A stretch of DNA of 54,186 bases, counting the filler, from Jimgerdemannia flammicorona (lineage: Eukaryota): assembly GCA_003990765.1 (NCBI GenBank). It is 2 parts of 2 records of this genome, joined end to end, with 100 filler letters (N's around TTAATTAATTAA, not from the genome) between each part and the next. Parts side by side here need not be neighbours in the genome. Positions count along the whole stretch, not along the records: positions 1 to 27,047 come from RBNJ01000668.1; positions 27,148 to 54,186 come from RBNJ01000669.1. The stretch is one strand, 5' to 3'. Position 1 is the first letter of the stretch; every line of letters starts with the position of its first letter. Both the position numbers and the translations under genes were made by a program. The notes under the pieces were generated by a model. That model searched no databases. It saw nothing but the letters and a program-made list of their open reading frames with translations, and was not told the origin of the DNA. Shown here piece by piece: positions 26,179 through 36,147 of the stretch.

Positions 26179-26870
26179 GCCTTTCCACTGACGCTTTGCC
26201 GGTTCCGTCCACACCACACTTCTATTTTCCCCTTCACATTTCCACAGATATAAGACATTGTGAGAATGTGAACACAAGGCGACGGAAGGGCATTAGTTGA
26301 CTGGGATACATGACTAGGATACCTATCCTATGTGTTCTGATTAAGGCTTATTCAACCGAATGGCCCCTGAGGACATTGTCCAAGGGTTTCCCTGCGGTCC
26401 TCGGTAGTGCGTTCCTATCACCGGGAACAATGAAGAGCAATGGTGCCTGCGCTATCCCTTCAACGAGAAGTAGCAGCGTCGGTAACGCCGCCGAATTATA
26501 ATAGGCGCGCTGGGCAGACCTCGCAAGCGGTCTCAAAGGCCTCAAGGCCCGTTCATTCTCACTTGTCGTCCCGGAGATCAGGTATACTGCTTATATCAAC
26601 ACGCGTGAAACGATACTAACTGTCTCGTTCGTCCAATAGAAGGACAGCCACCCTCTAGTTGAGGGTGGCAGATGTGGGTGCAAAACCTACACGAGATAAC
26701 AGTATTCACGCGTGTTGACTGCCAAACAGATGCACTTTTGTTGACCTTATATCCTCGCAAATGAATCGCCTAGTTCATTCCATATGGACGACTATGTCAG
26801 TTTGACATGTCGCCGACTGTCAGTATGGTATTGCCTATTTTGCATAGGAGTTCCTTCGTCTATTTTTATT
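26179..26870 (+). ncRNA. Unidentified highly structured non-coding RNA locus (about 0.7 kb)
   Basis: CpG-rich, no credible ORF. Helices 26179-86/26284-91, 26192-98/26275-81, 26233-46/26259-72, 26304-10/26331-37 capped by TAGGAT-ACCT-ATCCTA, 26403-11/26448-56, a GCAA-tetraloop hairpin 26516-33, 26596-609/26705-18 and 26789-812. G-U pairs favour the + strand; T-tracts follow at 26861. Confidence 0.65.
26622..26698 (+). tRNA. tRNA-like cloverleaf with non-canonical 9-bp anticodon arm (no assignable anticodon)
   Basis: Acceptor GTCTCGT/ACGAGAT plus discriminator A; T8; D-arm GTCC-AATAGAA-GGAC; arm GCCACCCTC-TAGTT-GAGGGTGGC; variable AGAT; T-arm GTGGG-TGCAAAA-CCTAC. Confidence 0.75.
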
Positions 26871-26906
26871 TTTATGTTATTTTATTTTATTTTACTTTTG
26901 ATATAT

Positions 26907-27047
26907 TGTAACAGACCCAAAAAAACGTACCACCTGAATTATAACTTAGCCAGATGACGCGAACAATTAGCATACTTACTCAGCATGATGTGACTTCCAG
27001 TGTATCATAGTTACTCATGCCCGCCACACTTATAATTAGCCAAGACA
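26907..27047. mobile_element. Possible start of a young LTR running into the assembly gap
   Basis: Begins TGTAAC like the LTR at 48026; contig ends shortly after, as is typical at repeats. Confidence 0.3.
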
Positions 27048-27147
27048 NNNNNNNNNNNNNNNNNNNNNNNNNNNNNNNNNNNNNNNNNNNNTTAATTAAT
27101 TAANNNNNNNNNNNNNNNNNNNNNNNNNNNNNNNNNNNNNNNNNNNN
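27048..27147. other. Artificial 100-bp scaffold spacer (44 N + TTAATTAATTAA + 44 N)
   Basis: Six-frame stop linker at 27092-27103 embedded symmetrically in Ns. Confidence 0.95.
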
Positions 27148-27169
27148 AAAAAAAAAAAAAAAAATTAAT

Positions 27170-28012
27170 TTTGAAATAGATTTATAGTGACTAACTGATT
27201 AAGCAAATTTTGAATTTTGAAATTACTTACTAGTACCAATATAATAAAGATTGTCTATCATTGAATAGTATATCTTCAACTTGTCAATAGCTGCTATTAT
27301 TGCCTGGTAAATGGTATCTGGCTCTTTTATCTTTGCTATATATATTATCATTATTCTCTAATATATTTAGTAGAAAGTTGTAAATTGGAATAGCTATATA
27401 AATTATTGTATATTTATACCAAACTACAAGATCTATTACTTTTCAAAAGCTCTTTAGAACAGAAATGATATCTTTTAGTATCTGCCAAATATATTCATCT
27501 TTAATAGTATATTTTTGCAAATCTTTATTAGCTATAACTATTGAGGTTAAGGGCTATTAATAAAAATTAATTCATTAATAAATATAATATAATATAATAA
27601 TATAAAGCTTATCTCTGATAATTCTAAGACTCATTCAATCATAAAATATATTGAGTTCTACTAAGTCTTAACATCCAAAATAAGTTCTTTTAGATTGCTG
27701 ATTCCAAAAGCTTTACATTATACTTTAAATTACTCAAGATATGTACTGTAGTGATGACTGAATTTTAATAATACTTATCCAGAGTCTTGAAGTTATTTCT
27801 CTATCATCATCAGTCTTCATATAGACTAAAAAGGCCTGAGTAGCTAGATTAATGATATGAGTCAGATAGTAAACATATTATATTGGCTAATAGTTGAGGC
27901 CAGTATCAAACTCCATTCTGATTACTTGAAAAAAATGTGTTATTGTTAGATATATTATCTATTATAGCTAATATCTAAAGTGAAAAATCAATAATTTGAA
28001 ATATAAGATAAT

Positions 28013-28046
<34 letters not shown>

Positions 28047-28774
28047 AAAATCCCAACCTTTTTCAAAAATCTCAATCTTTTTAAAATCCTGACCTTTTTT
28101 GAAAATTCCAATCTTTTTCAATTCTGACCTTTTTCAAAAATCTCAATCTTTTTTTGAAAATTCCAACCTTTTTTAAAACTCTGATCTAAAGACTCACTCT
28201 CTCTATATCTTTGTCTATATACCAAAATCTTAAACACATCTTCCAAAGGTATTAGCAAGATTTTCACCTGAATGAGATCCTGATAGCTTGACAAAATTAA
28301 TCAATATACAGTTGAGTTGCTAATTCTAATAGATCTAATATACATTAATTCTAAGAAATATATATATATTTGGTAATATCCATATATTAACAGTGAAGAA
28401 TATTCAATCTGATATATTCTATTTTTAAATAAATTAAATTGAAATAAGGTTAATTCAAATAGATATTTAACTTGGAAATATTCAAATTAGTATTCAATAT
28501 TAAAATATTAGATCTTATTTATAGTATAATTTTGACAGTATTATGGTTCTGTTTAAAGGCTAGTTTAATTTTATTTCATATAGTTCTAGTAGAAGAAATA
28601 GTAATATCTGGTTTCAGAAGGCAAAAGAGATCTTTTAGCTCCAAATTCTCAATAACTGTAAAAGGCTAGCTATTATGGATTATTTAGTAAATAAGCTTTT
28701 CTTGAAATAATAGTATGGAGAATTTTGGCTATTTCAAATAATATAAAGTAGCAATAAATTAATAAGAAAAAAAC

Positions 28775-28834
<60 letters not shown>

Positions 28835-29396
28835 CAGATAAGTTATATAAAAATATACTTATAAAAAAAATAACTCTATCTCTCCTCCTCTTTGATGACT
28901 CTTATGATATTTATCAAAATGCACTTACAAATTCATTGTTAAACCACTAATAGTCTTATGTAATACTTTACAGTAGTTATATTTGATTCAGATATCTTTA
29001 TTTTTCTTATACTCCTTTATAAACTTCTTCTAAATATCAGAGCATTCTTATACTTTTTCTTTTTCTTTCTCAGACTATGATGAGACTGTACTTGTAACTA
29101 TATTTGTTGAAGCTGTATCTGATATTAAGACTATTATTATAGTATTCTCTATAGATAGTAGTATATATAAAAAATATATTGAACATACTTAATTACTTTG
29201 AGAGAATGTATATTATTATGAGTTAAACTATATATATAAATTACTATATTTAGATTTGAATCAAATTAATTTGATTTGAATTGTAACTTGATTCAATTCA
29301 AATCAAATTGAATTAGCACTTGATTTGATTCAAATCAAATTGAATTAATACTTGATTTAAATTAAATAGAATCAAATTGATTCATTGAGAGTACTA
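27170..29396 (-). mobile_element. Degenerate hAT element (transposase relic plus one terminus)
   Basis: Minus-strand LSGSHSGENLA (about 28257-28290) and TIDNISNN (about 27942-27965) motifs; GAATCAAATT subterminal repeats ending in TTGAGAGTACTA at 29396. Confidence 0.7.
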
Positions 29397-29419
29397 CTAT
29401 CTCTATATTATAGCTTAAT

Positions 29420-30530
29420 ATTCTACTATCTCACTCAAGTTTTTCAGTACTTTTAGCAAATTCTCCTCCTCTATCTTACTCCTCTTCATCCTTATTATCT
29501 TACAAATAAAAGCTCTCTACATTATCACTAAAGGCTAGTCTCAGATCTTTCTTATAGTCTCTTTCTCTACAAGTTGAAGACAAATATCCATATCTCCAGT
29601 TCTGAAAGATATCCCCTTCCAGACTTAGAACCCAATATCCACTATATTATTATACTCTACCATTATCTCCTCTACCCTCTGCCTTATCTCAGCAATCATC
29701 ATTGTAGACATCCCTTTCACCAGAAGCTATACCATTCTGGAGTCTCACTATAAGTATTTTACCATTAGTACTATTATCTTACTAAATATCAACCCAGTCT
29801 TCAAAGTTTTCTCCAGTAGTCTCACTTTCTTAAAGCTCATCTCAATTCTCTTCAGCCTATATAGAAACTTCACTGAAGTTACTCTAGATAGCTACTTTGA
29901 GATCAACCCCAGAATTATCTTTGCTATTACTATCAGCCCTCTGAAGTACAATATAATAGTGAATTCTAAGATCAACTTCTTGAGTAATAGTATCACTGCC
30001 AGGTCCATCACTCTATCTACCAGATCTCTTTTCCTTTTTTGGCCCTCTTGCTCAGTCCTGTTATCAGCTATTACATCTGGATTTTTTTCCAGATTCTTAG
30101 TTATACTATCATTAGCAGTTATCTCTCCTCTCTCAGCCCCAGCCCCTTCAGCCTCTATACTCACTCTTCCAGGCAGAGGACCTCCAGCCCTCCCCTGGTC
30201 CAGCTCATCTCTACTGCCAGCCTCATTAGTCTGAGTATCTGCTGACCAATCTCCTATCTTCACCTTATTAGCAAAGCTTACAGACCCTCATCTACCCCTA
30301 CTCTCACCTAATACTAGTCATTATCCAGACTTCCTCTGACCACTTATACTGCTGAAAGAGTCCATTCTCAGGCCATAACCTCTTCCAACATACTGTCACC
30401 CAAAGGTCCCAGATCTACCAGACCCAGTATACTCATCAGAACTCTTACTTGTTGCTATATTATTATGACCTTTTCTCTAAATATTATATTGAAAGTATTA
30501 TCAGAAGTTTATGTAATATGAATAGTAGTA
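29420..30530 (-). mobile_element. LINE 5' fragment (5'UTR plus ORF1 N-terminus), degenerate
   Basis: ORF 29892-30263 (NLEKNPDV...EFTIILYFRGL) matches LINE ORF1; 5' end resembles that at 9965. Confidence 0.75.
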
Positions 30531-30672
30531 GAGAGAGAGTTAGATACTATTCCTTCTCTCTTTAAGACAATCAATAAGATCATTTTTTAAATATTATAGA
30601 AATCTTTGAGAAACCATTATATATATATAGTAAAAATACTCTAAGGAGTTATCTGAACTATATACTATCTAG

Positions 30673-31013
30673 TAGTACTCTCAAATAAATTAAATCAATT
30701 TTAATTGAATTTAATTAGGGGTCATTTGAATTGAATCAAATTGGGGATTTTTCAATTCAAATAAAGTTCAATTTAAATCAAATTGAGAGTCTGATTTGAA
30801 TTTTATTTTTTAAAATATAATAATTTAATGAAATCATGTCCAAATTTAATAATTACTAGCTTGTTAGGTTTCTCTTATATAGAGGAATCTAACAAGCCAA
30901 TAATTATTAAATTTGAATATATTTTCATCAAGTGTTATTACATTTTAAAAAATAGAGTTCAAATTGAATTTTGAATTAAATTAGACCTTTGATTCAATTT
31001 GTTGGGAGCACTA
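30673..31013. mobile_element. hAT-family MITE (341 bp), largely fold-back
   Basis: TIRs TAGTACTCTCAA / TTGGGAGCACTA; 8-bp TSD CTATCTAG / CTATCCAG; long internal inverted repeat. Confidence 0.85.
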
Positions 31014-32610
31014 CTATCCAGTCAACTACTTTAATTATTATATTGTTTGAAAATTCAATCAACAAATACCTGAGTCTCTAGAATTAGAAGAGAAGATACT
31101 TTCAGAAAAAGCTCTTAAGAAATCTTTCTATTCTGAGATCTCTGAGGATAATTATAAATCAGAATCAGAAGAAGATATTTCTATCTCTAGGTTTAGAATC
31201 TATCATCATCTGTTCACCTTTAAGCCTTCCTTGGTTTGGAACTTATATAAAGAATAATTGATATTAGCCTCTTTCTCTGCTACTATACTAATTATAAGAT
31301 TTTGATAAATAACCTTTCAAGTCTCTTTTTTATAACTTTTATCTCCTCTATCTTAGATTGGTTTACTATACCTATTTCAGGGCAGTGAGAGAGAGGTAAT
31401 AGTGATGAGTTATCTCTTTATTAGTATCAGATCAATATTTTCTTTACTTTTTTATAATTTCTAATATCTCTGGCTATGTTTGAGATATATATATTTTAAT
31501 ATAGCACTTTCTTTCTTTTGCTATCATCAATAAGATATTATCTTGATATATTATAGACTATATATAGGAAGTCAGCTGACCTTGGGTATCAAGTATCAGT
31601 GAAGGTTCCAGCAGATTCTTAGTATCTATAATAGGTTCTCTAAGCTTTGACAAACTTCTCAGTAAGTATAGTTCTGATATAAGTAACTACTTTTCAGATA
31701 GTATTAGAATGAAAGAGGAGATAGTTATTATAGATAAGCAGAAGAGCAATTATAGTAGACCAATCAGGTGTCAAGCTAGTAATAGTTATCAGAACTAATA
31801 TATATACTATATTAATGAGACCTTCTAATTGATATAGATAATTATATGGTAGATATTACTCTCAGTAGCTTTTAGTAATATATAAGATTAGGCTTTAGTC
31901 ATTTAAAGTTATATATTAGAGAGCCTAAGATTACCTAGGTCAGATATTTAGACTATACTCAACTGGAACTAAGAACTGATATAGTAATATAATCAATGCC
32001 TATAGACTTGAGTAATGAGATATTGGAGATCTTCTCTTATCTTATATAAGTTCTTCACTTATTCTGCTAGAGAGAACTAGATTCTATCTATTGTTTTATA
32101 TCTTTTAGAGAATTTTTTCTTTATCTATTACTCTATTTGAGATAGTAGGAGCTTTACTATCTGACTTTAGTATAGTTTTACATATATGTTAGAGTTTTAG
32201 ATATATACTTTTAGTTAATAGTATATAGTTATTTTTTTTCTAATAGTAGAGAGAACATAGTGTGCAGAATGAGATATAAGTAAGAGACAAAAATGGGTCA
32301 ATGTTATATAATTTTCACTTTATAAATTTATTATAATTTAAATATAAATATTATTAAATTGATATTTTAACCAATAATAAAGTAATCATTTATCTTTTAG
32401 AAAATATATAATTTATCTATATTTGGTTAATTAATTATATTGTTATTACTATTTAAAGTTAAATTAATCATTGGTCCATTTTTGTCTCTTACCATTGTCT
32501 TGACATTCTTTATACCATAATTCATTTAATAATAATGCTAAATAAATAAAACTTTTTCACATATTTATTTGTATATTCTCTCACTGTTCATACCATTTTT
32601 TTCAAAAAAA

Positions 32611-33654
32611 ATGAAAAAACTCTCTACCAATATCTGTAACTGTATTGTCAAAGAATTAAATTCTGGCAAAACTACCCAAACCATTGCTTGACAAATAGGA
32701 GTCAGTCTAAGAGCTGTAAAACATATACAAAAGGAGTATGTGGACATCAACAATGTCAAGCTTATGAAACGAGGTCATCCATGTAAGCTTTCTGCTTGAG
32801 ATAAGGCATAAGTTGTATGTCAAATAATGACAGACAAGACAGACAATGCTACCCAAGTCATGAAAGTGCTTTAAGAACATGAAGATGATGAAGATAGCAA
32901 AACAGACTTTGACATTAGCCCTAAGATAGTATGCCAAATGCTGCAAAAAGTGGGCCTTTGTGCAATGGTGAAGAAGAAGAAGCCATATTTACTCCTATAC
33001 CATATCAAAGCATAGTACGAATTTGCCGTTTGATATAAGAATTAGATGATCGATGACTGGAAATGGGTTATCTACTTGGACGAGACAAAGATAAACCATT
33101 TGGGATTGGACAGATGTTCCTGGGCCTGGAAAAAGCCAGGAAAAATGCTCAAGCCATATCACATGAGTGGCACTGTCAAATTTGGAGGTAGTTCAGTGAT
33201 GGTTTAGGGATGTATGATATACCATGGTATCAGATATGTATGCTGAATCATCAATCGGATGAATGCAAAGCTCTACATCAGTATCCTTGATGATGAATTA
33301 CAAGAAACCATCAAGTATTATGGCATGAATTAAAAAAAATTGATATTTCAGCAAGATGGTGATTCCAAGCATATATCTAAGATGGCAAAGAAATGGTTTT
33401 CTGATCACAAAATTCATTTATTACAGTGGCCCGCACAATCACCAGATCTTAACCCTATTGAATATCTTTGGTAGCATCTAAAGAGAAGGCTGAATTCTTA
33501 TGAGAAAGCACCCAAAGGAATTGAAGAACTTTGGGAGAGAGTTGAAAAAGAATGGAATGATATTTCAGAAGATGTTTGTATTAATTTAATAGATAGTATG
33601 CCTAGGAGAGTTGTAGGTGTCTATAAGGCAAAAGGTAGTTATGTAAAATATTGA
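32611..33654 (+). pseudogene. Tc1-type DD34E transposase (347 codons, multiple stops)
   Basis: IYLDET, FQQDGDSKH, and WPAQSPDLNPIEYLW with 34 residues between D and E; C-terminal SMPRR. Confidence 0.92.
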
Positions 33655-33759
33655 ATAGTATTAACAAATTGATTTAATAAACAGTGAGAGACAAAAATGA
33701 GCTAATGATTAATTTAACTTTAAATAGTAATAACAATATAATTAATTAACCAAATATAG

Positions 33760-36078
33760 TGTGATGTATGCAATTGACAATGGAGTACCGGTAACTGCTA
33801 AGATCAGATGACATAATGGCATGACAATTGAATAGACAGCCTGACCCATTAGGTGATCACCCCAAAAGGAGCAATGATAATCCGAGCCAAAAGGAAGACT
33901 ATGTTATTTAAAGAACTGTACCCTGCCTCAGGAATCAGCACTAAAGAACAAGTACTCACTACACAATGCCTCCTATCCACTACTCCAACCAGACCTCCCA
34001 CTGCTCTTCCCCCTTGCCTGGCCCAAAGACTCTAATCCTTGAAGCTATCAAGAAGGCTATTTGGCGCCCAGACACCTCTGAACATCTGAACTTCTACACC
34101 AAGGATCTTGGACACTTCATCAATTACCGATACATAATGACCCAACAGCTCAAAGATACCACTGAATGAATGACCCTCTGGCATGATTATGAAATTGGAC
34201 ACTGCCTTCATAATGAAACCCAAGAAGGCAACCAGGAAGACCTCATTGCTGAAATATTAACCACCAGCCGGCTAATCAAGAGAGCCCTCTATGTCCACCA
34301 AATCTTCTGCCATATTCCCTAGGCTATAGCACACTTACAAGGAGTGACTGCTAGAAGTCTTGCCCGTCTCTCAACTGAAGATGCAGACTGGATAGAATCA
34401 GAAGTAGCTGACTCTATTAGTAGTAACTGGGTTGCTGTAGGAAGCCAACAAGCCAAGCCCACTCAACCAGGCTTTCACACCACTCTACTCCAAGATAACC
34501 ATCAAGGTCACCTAATGAGTCTCATGGAAATCTTCGAAGGACCACCCATTACTATTACAACACCTGTTGGAGCAACCCCAACTACTCACCACCCTGTCAG
34601 CTACAATTCGCACCTCATCATTTGGGAACCAAGTCAAGAAGTCCCAGAAGTCCCTACTAACACAGAAACTGAAGGATCTGAGGAAGAAGAAGAAGAGGAA
34701 TAAAGAATCTACCAATCCTCTGTCCGCCTTCAAGCAGTCCAAGGGTTGGAGAATGTCATCAAAGATGATTGGCCACAATTCTACCCCCTCACCTCCTGGT
34801 CGGCGCTCCCACTCTTTGAAGAACAGAATGAAGAAGTCATAACCCAGCAAGATGATTGGTTCACTGACAAAGGGTACTTTACCATTCAGTGATCCAATGT
34901 CCATTTCCTCAGTCTGGTCAGCCAATGTTTGTCAGTGAGTCAGTAACATCCGTTTCCAGTGATACCACCCCCAACAACCGAATCAGGCACTGGCACTCGC
35001 CTTATCCCAATTCAGTGATCCAACATCTGTTTCCTCAGTCCAGTCAGCCAATATTTGTCAGTGAGTTAGTAACATCCGTTTCCAGTGATACCACCCCCAA
35101 CAACTGAATCCGGCACTGGCACTTGCCTTATCCCAATTCAGTGATCCAATGTCCGTTTCCTCAGTCCAGTCAGCCAATGTTTGTCAGCAAGTCAGCAACA
35201 TCTGTTTTCAGCGATACCACCCACAACATCCATATCCAGCACTAGCACTCATCTTATCCCAATTCAGCGCAAACAATTGTCGCACCCATATTCAGCAATT
35301 AAACCACCACAATGTAGTATACCTTAGCCCCCCCCCTAGCTAGCAAATTTGTATAAATAACTCTATATCTTAGAGTGAATAAACCTCAGTCAGTTTGTGT
35401 TTAAAAGTAAAAAGGATTACAAAGAAACCTCACTGCCTCCAAGAGACCAGATAAATTCTGAGAACAAGATAACTAGAGCAATGATCGCTCGAGGTTTGAG
35501 TTAAAGAATTTTCTCTTGCCACGGAAAATGTTCAAGATTTGCCACTAAGGAAAGCCATATGAAAAGCTGTTCAGTTCAGTTTAAAGACCCACTGCTAAAG
35601 GAAAGCTGCACAAAAAACCGCCAACTACCGCCGAGATCCCGCCAGCCCAACCATCGTACATTTGACCCAACCATCATTCATTCGACCTGACTGCCATGCA
35701 TTCAGAACCAACTGCCATTCGAGGTTCAAGACTGCACATTCGAGACCCGCCATTCAAGTATTAAGACCCCAGCCAAGGAACCCAAGGATACTTAGCTTAG
35801 GAAAGCCAGCACTGTCATCATTTACCTAACAAGTCAGACAGACGAGTTCCCCTTTACCCGCTATGCCATGAACCATATATGTTCAAGAAGTAATTCACCA
35901 CTAGGAAAATTCATCAACCACTAAACAACCAAGCCTCCACCATACAAATCAGACAAACTGATCACATGACCATCGACCCGCAACCATCGCAAACGCACTC
36001 AGTCATATACTGCATGCTCCACCAAGTGGTATGTTGAGCTGTGCTTGAAGCAACTAGAGATACAAACCACATACCACA
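33760..36078 (+). repeat. 5' LTR (2319 bp)
   Basis: Direct repeat of 44029-46330; TATAAATA and AATAAA at 35352-35383; three 126-bp tandem units from 34884. Confidence 0.95.
33966..34892 (+). pseudogene. 308-codon ORF of unknown function inside the LTR (second copy 44235-45161)
   Basis: One frame from ATG to TGA; most internal stops are sense codons in the other LTR copy. Confidence 0.7.
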
Positions 36079-36081
36079 TTT

Positions 36082-36099
36082 TGGGGGCTCAACTGGGAA
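36082..36099 (+). other. Primer-binding site, tRNA-Pro-like
   Basis: TGGGGGCTCaactGGGA just after the LTR resembles the complement of the tRNA-Pro 3' end (TGGGGGCTCGTCCGGGA). Confidence 0.6.
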
Positions 36100-36147
36100 A
36101 GTTTTCAAAAGACTTGACCATTTGGCTCAAGAACCCAGCTATCTACA

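Noticed and set aside
26260..26400. Faint resemblance to 23S rRNA words (GTGAGAATG, CCAAGGGTT)
   Set aside because: Spacing and intervening sequence are not collinear with rRNA.
26367..26475. Ribozyme-like words (CTGAGGA hammerhead core, TCCTCG HDV loop, GGTC/AGAA hairpin loop A)
   Set aside because: Partner elements (GAAA, P3/P1 pseudoknot, loop B) are absent.
26310..26545. Short ORFs 26310-26501 (+) and 26348-26545 (-)
   Set aside because: Short, no recognisable motif, and splicing the candidate intron does not extend them.
26647..26669. Amber-suppressor (CUA) or intron-containing tRNA reading
   Set aside because: Needs an 11-nt loop or an implausibly short intron; the 9-bp stem sequesters part of the triplet.
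26972..26982. ATACTTAC, like the U1 snRNA 5' end
   Set aside because: Continues TCAG rather than CTG; no U1 stem-loops or Sm site follow.
27092..27103. TTAATTAATTAA palindrome inside Ns
   Set aside because: Artificial six-frame stop linker used to join contigs.
31020..32270. AT-rich stretch, possibly a retroelement relic (similarly 46480-47500)
   Set aside because: Too decayed to assign any motif with confidence.
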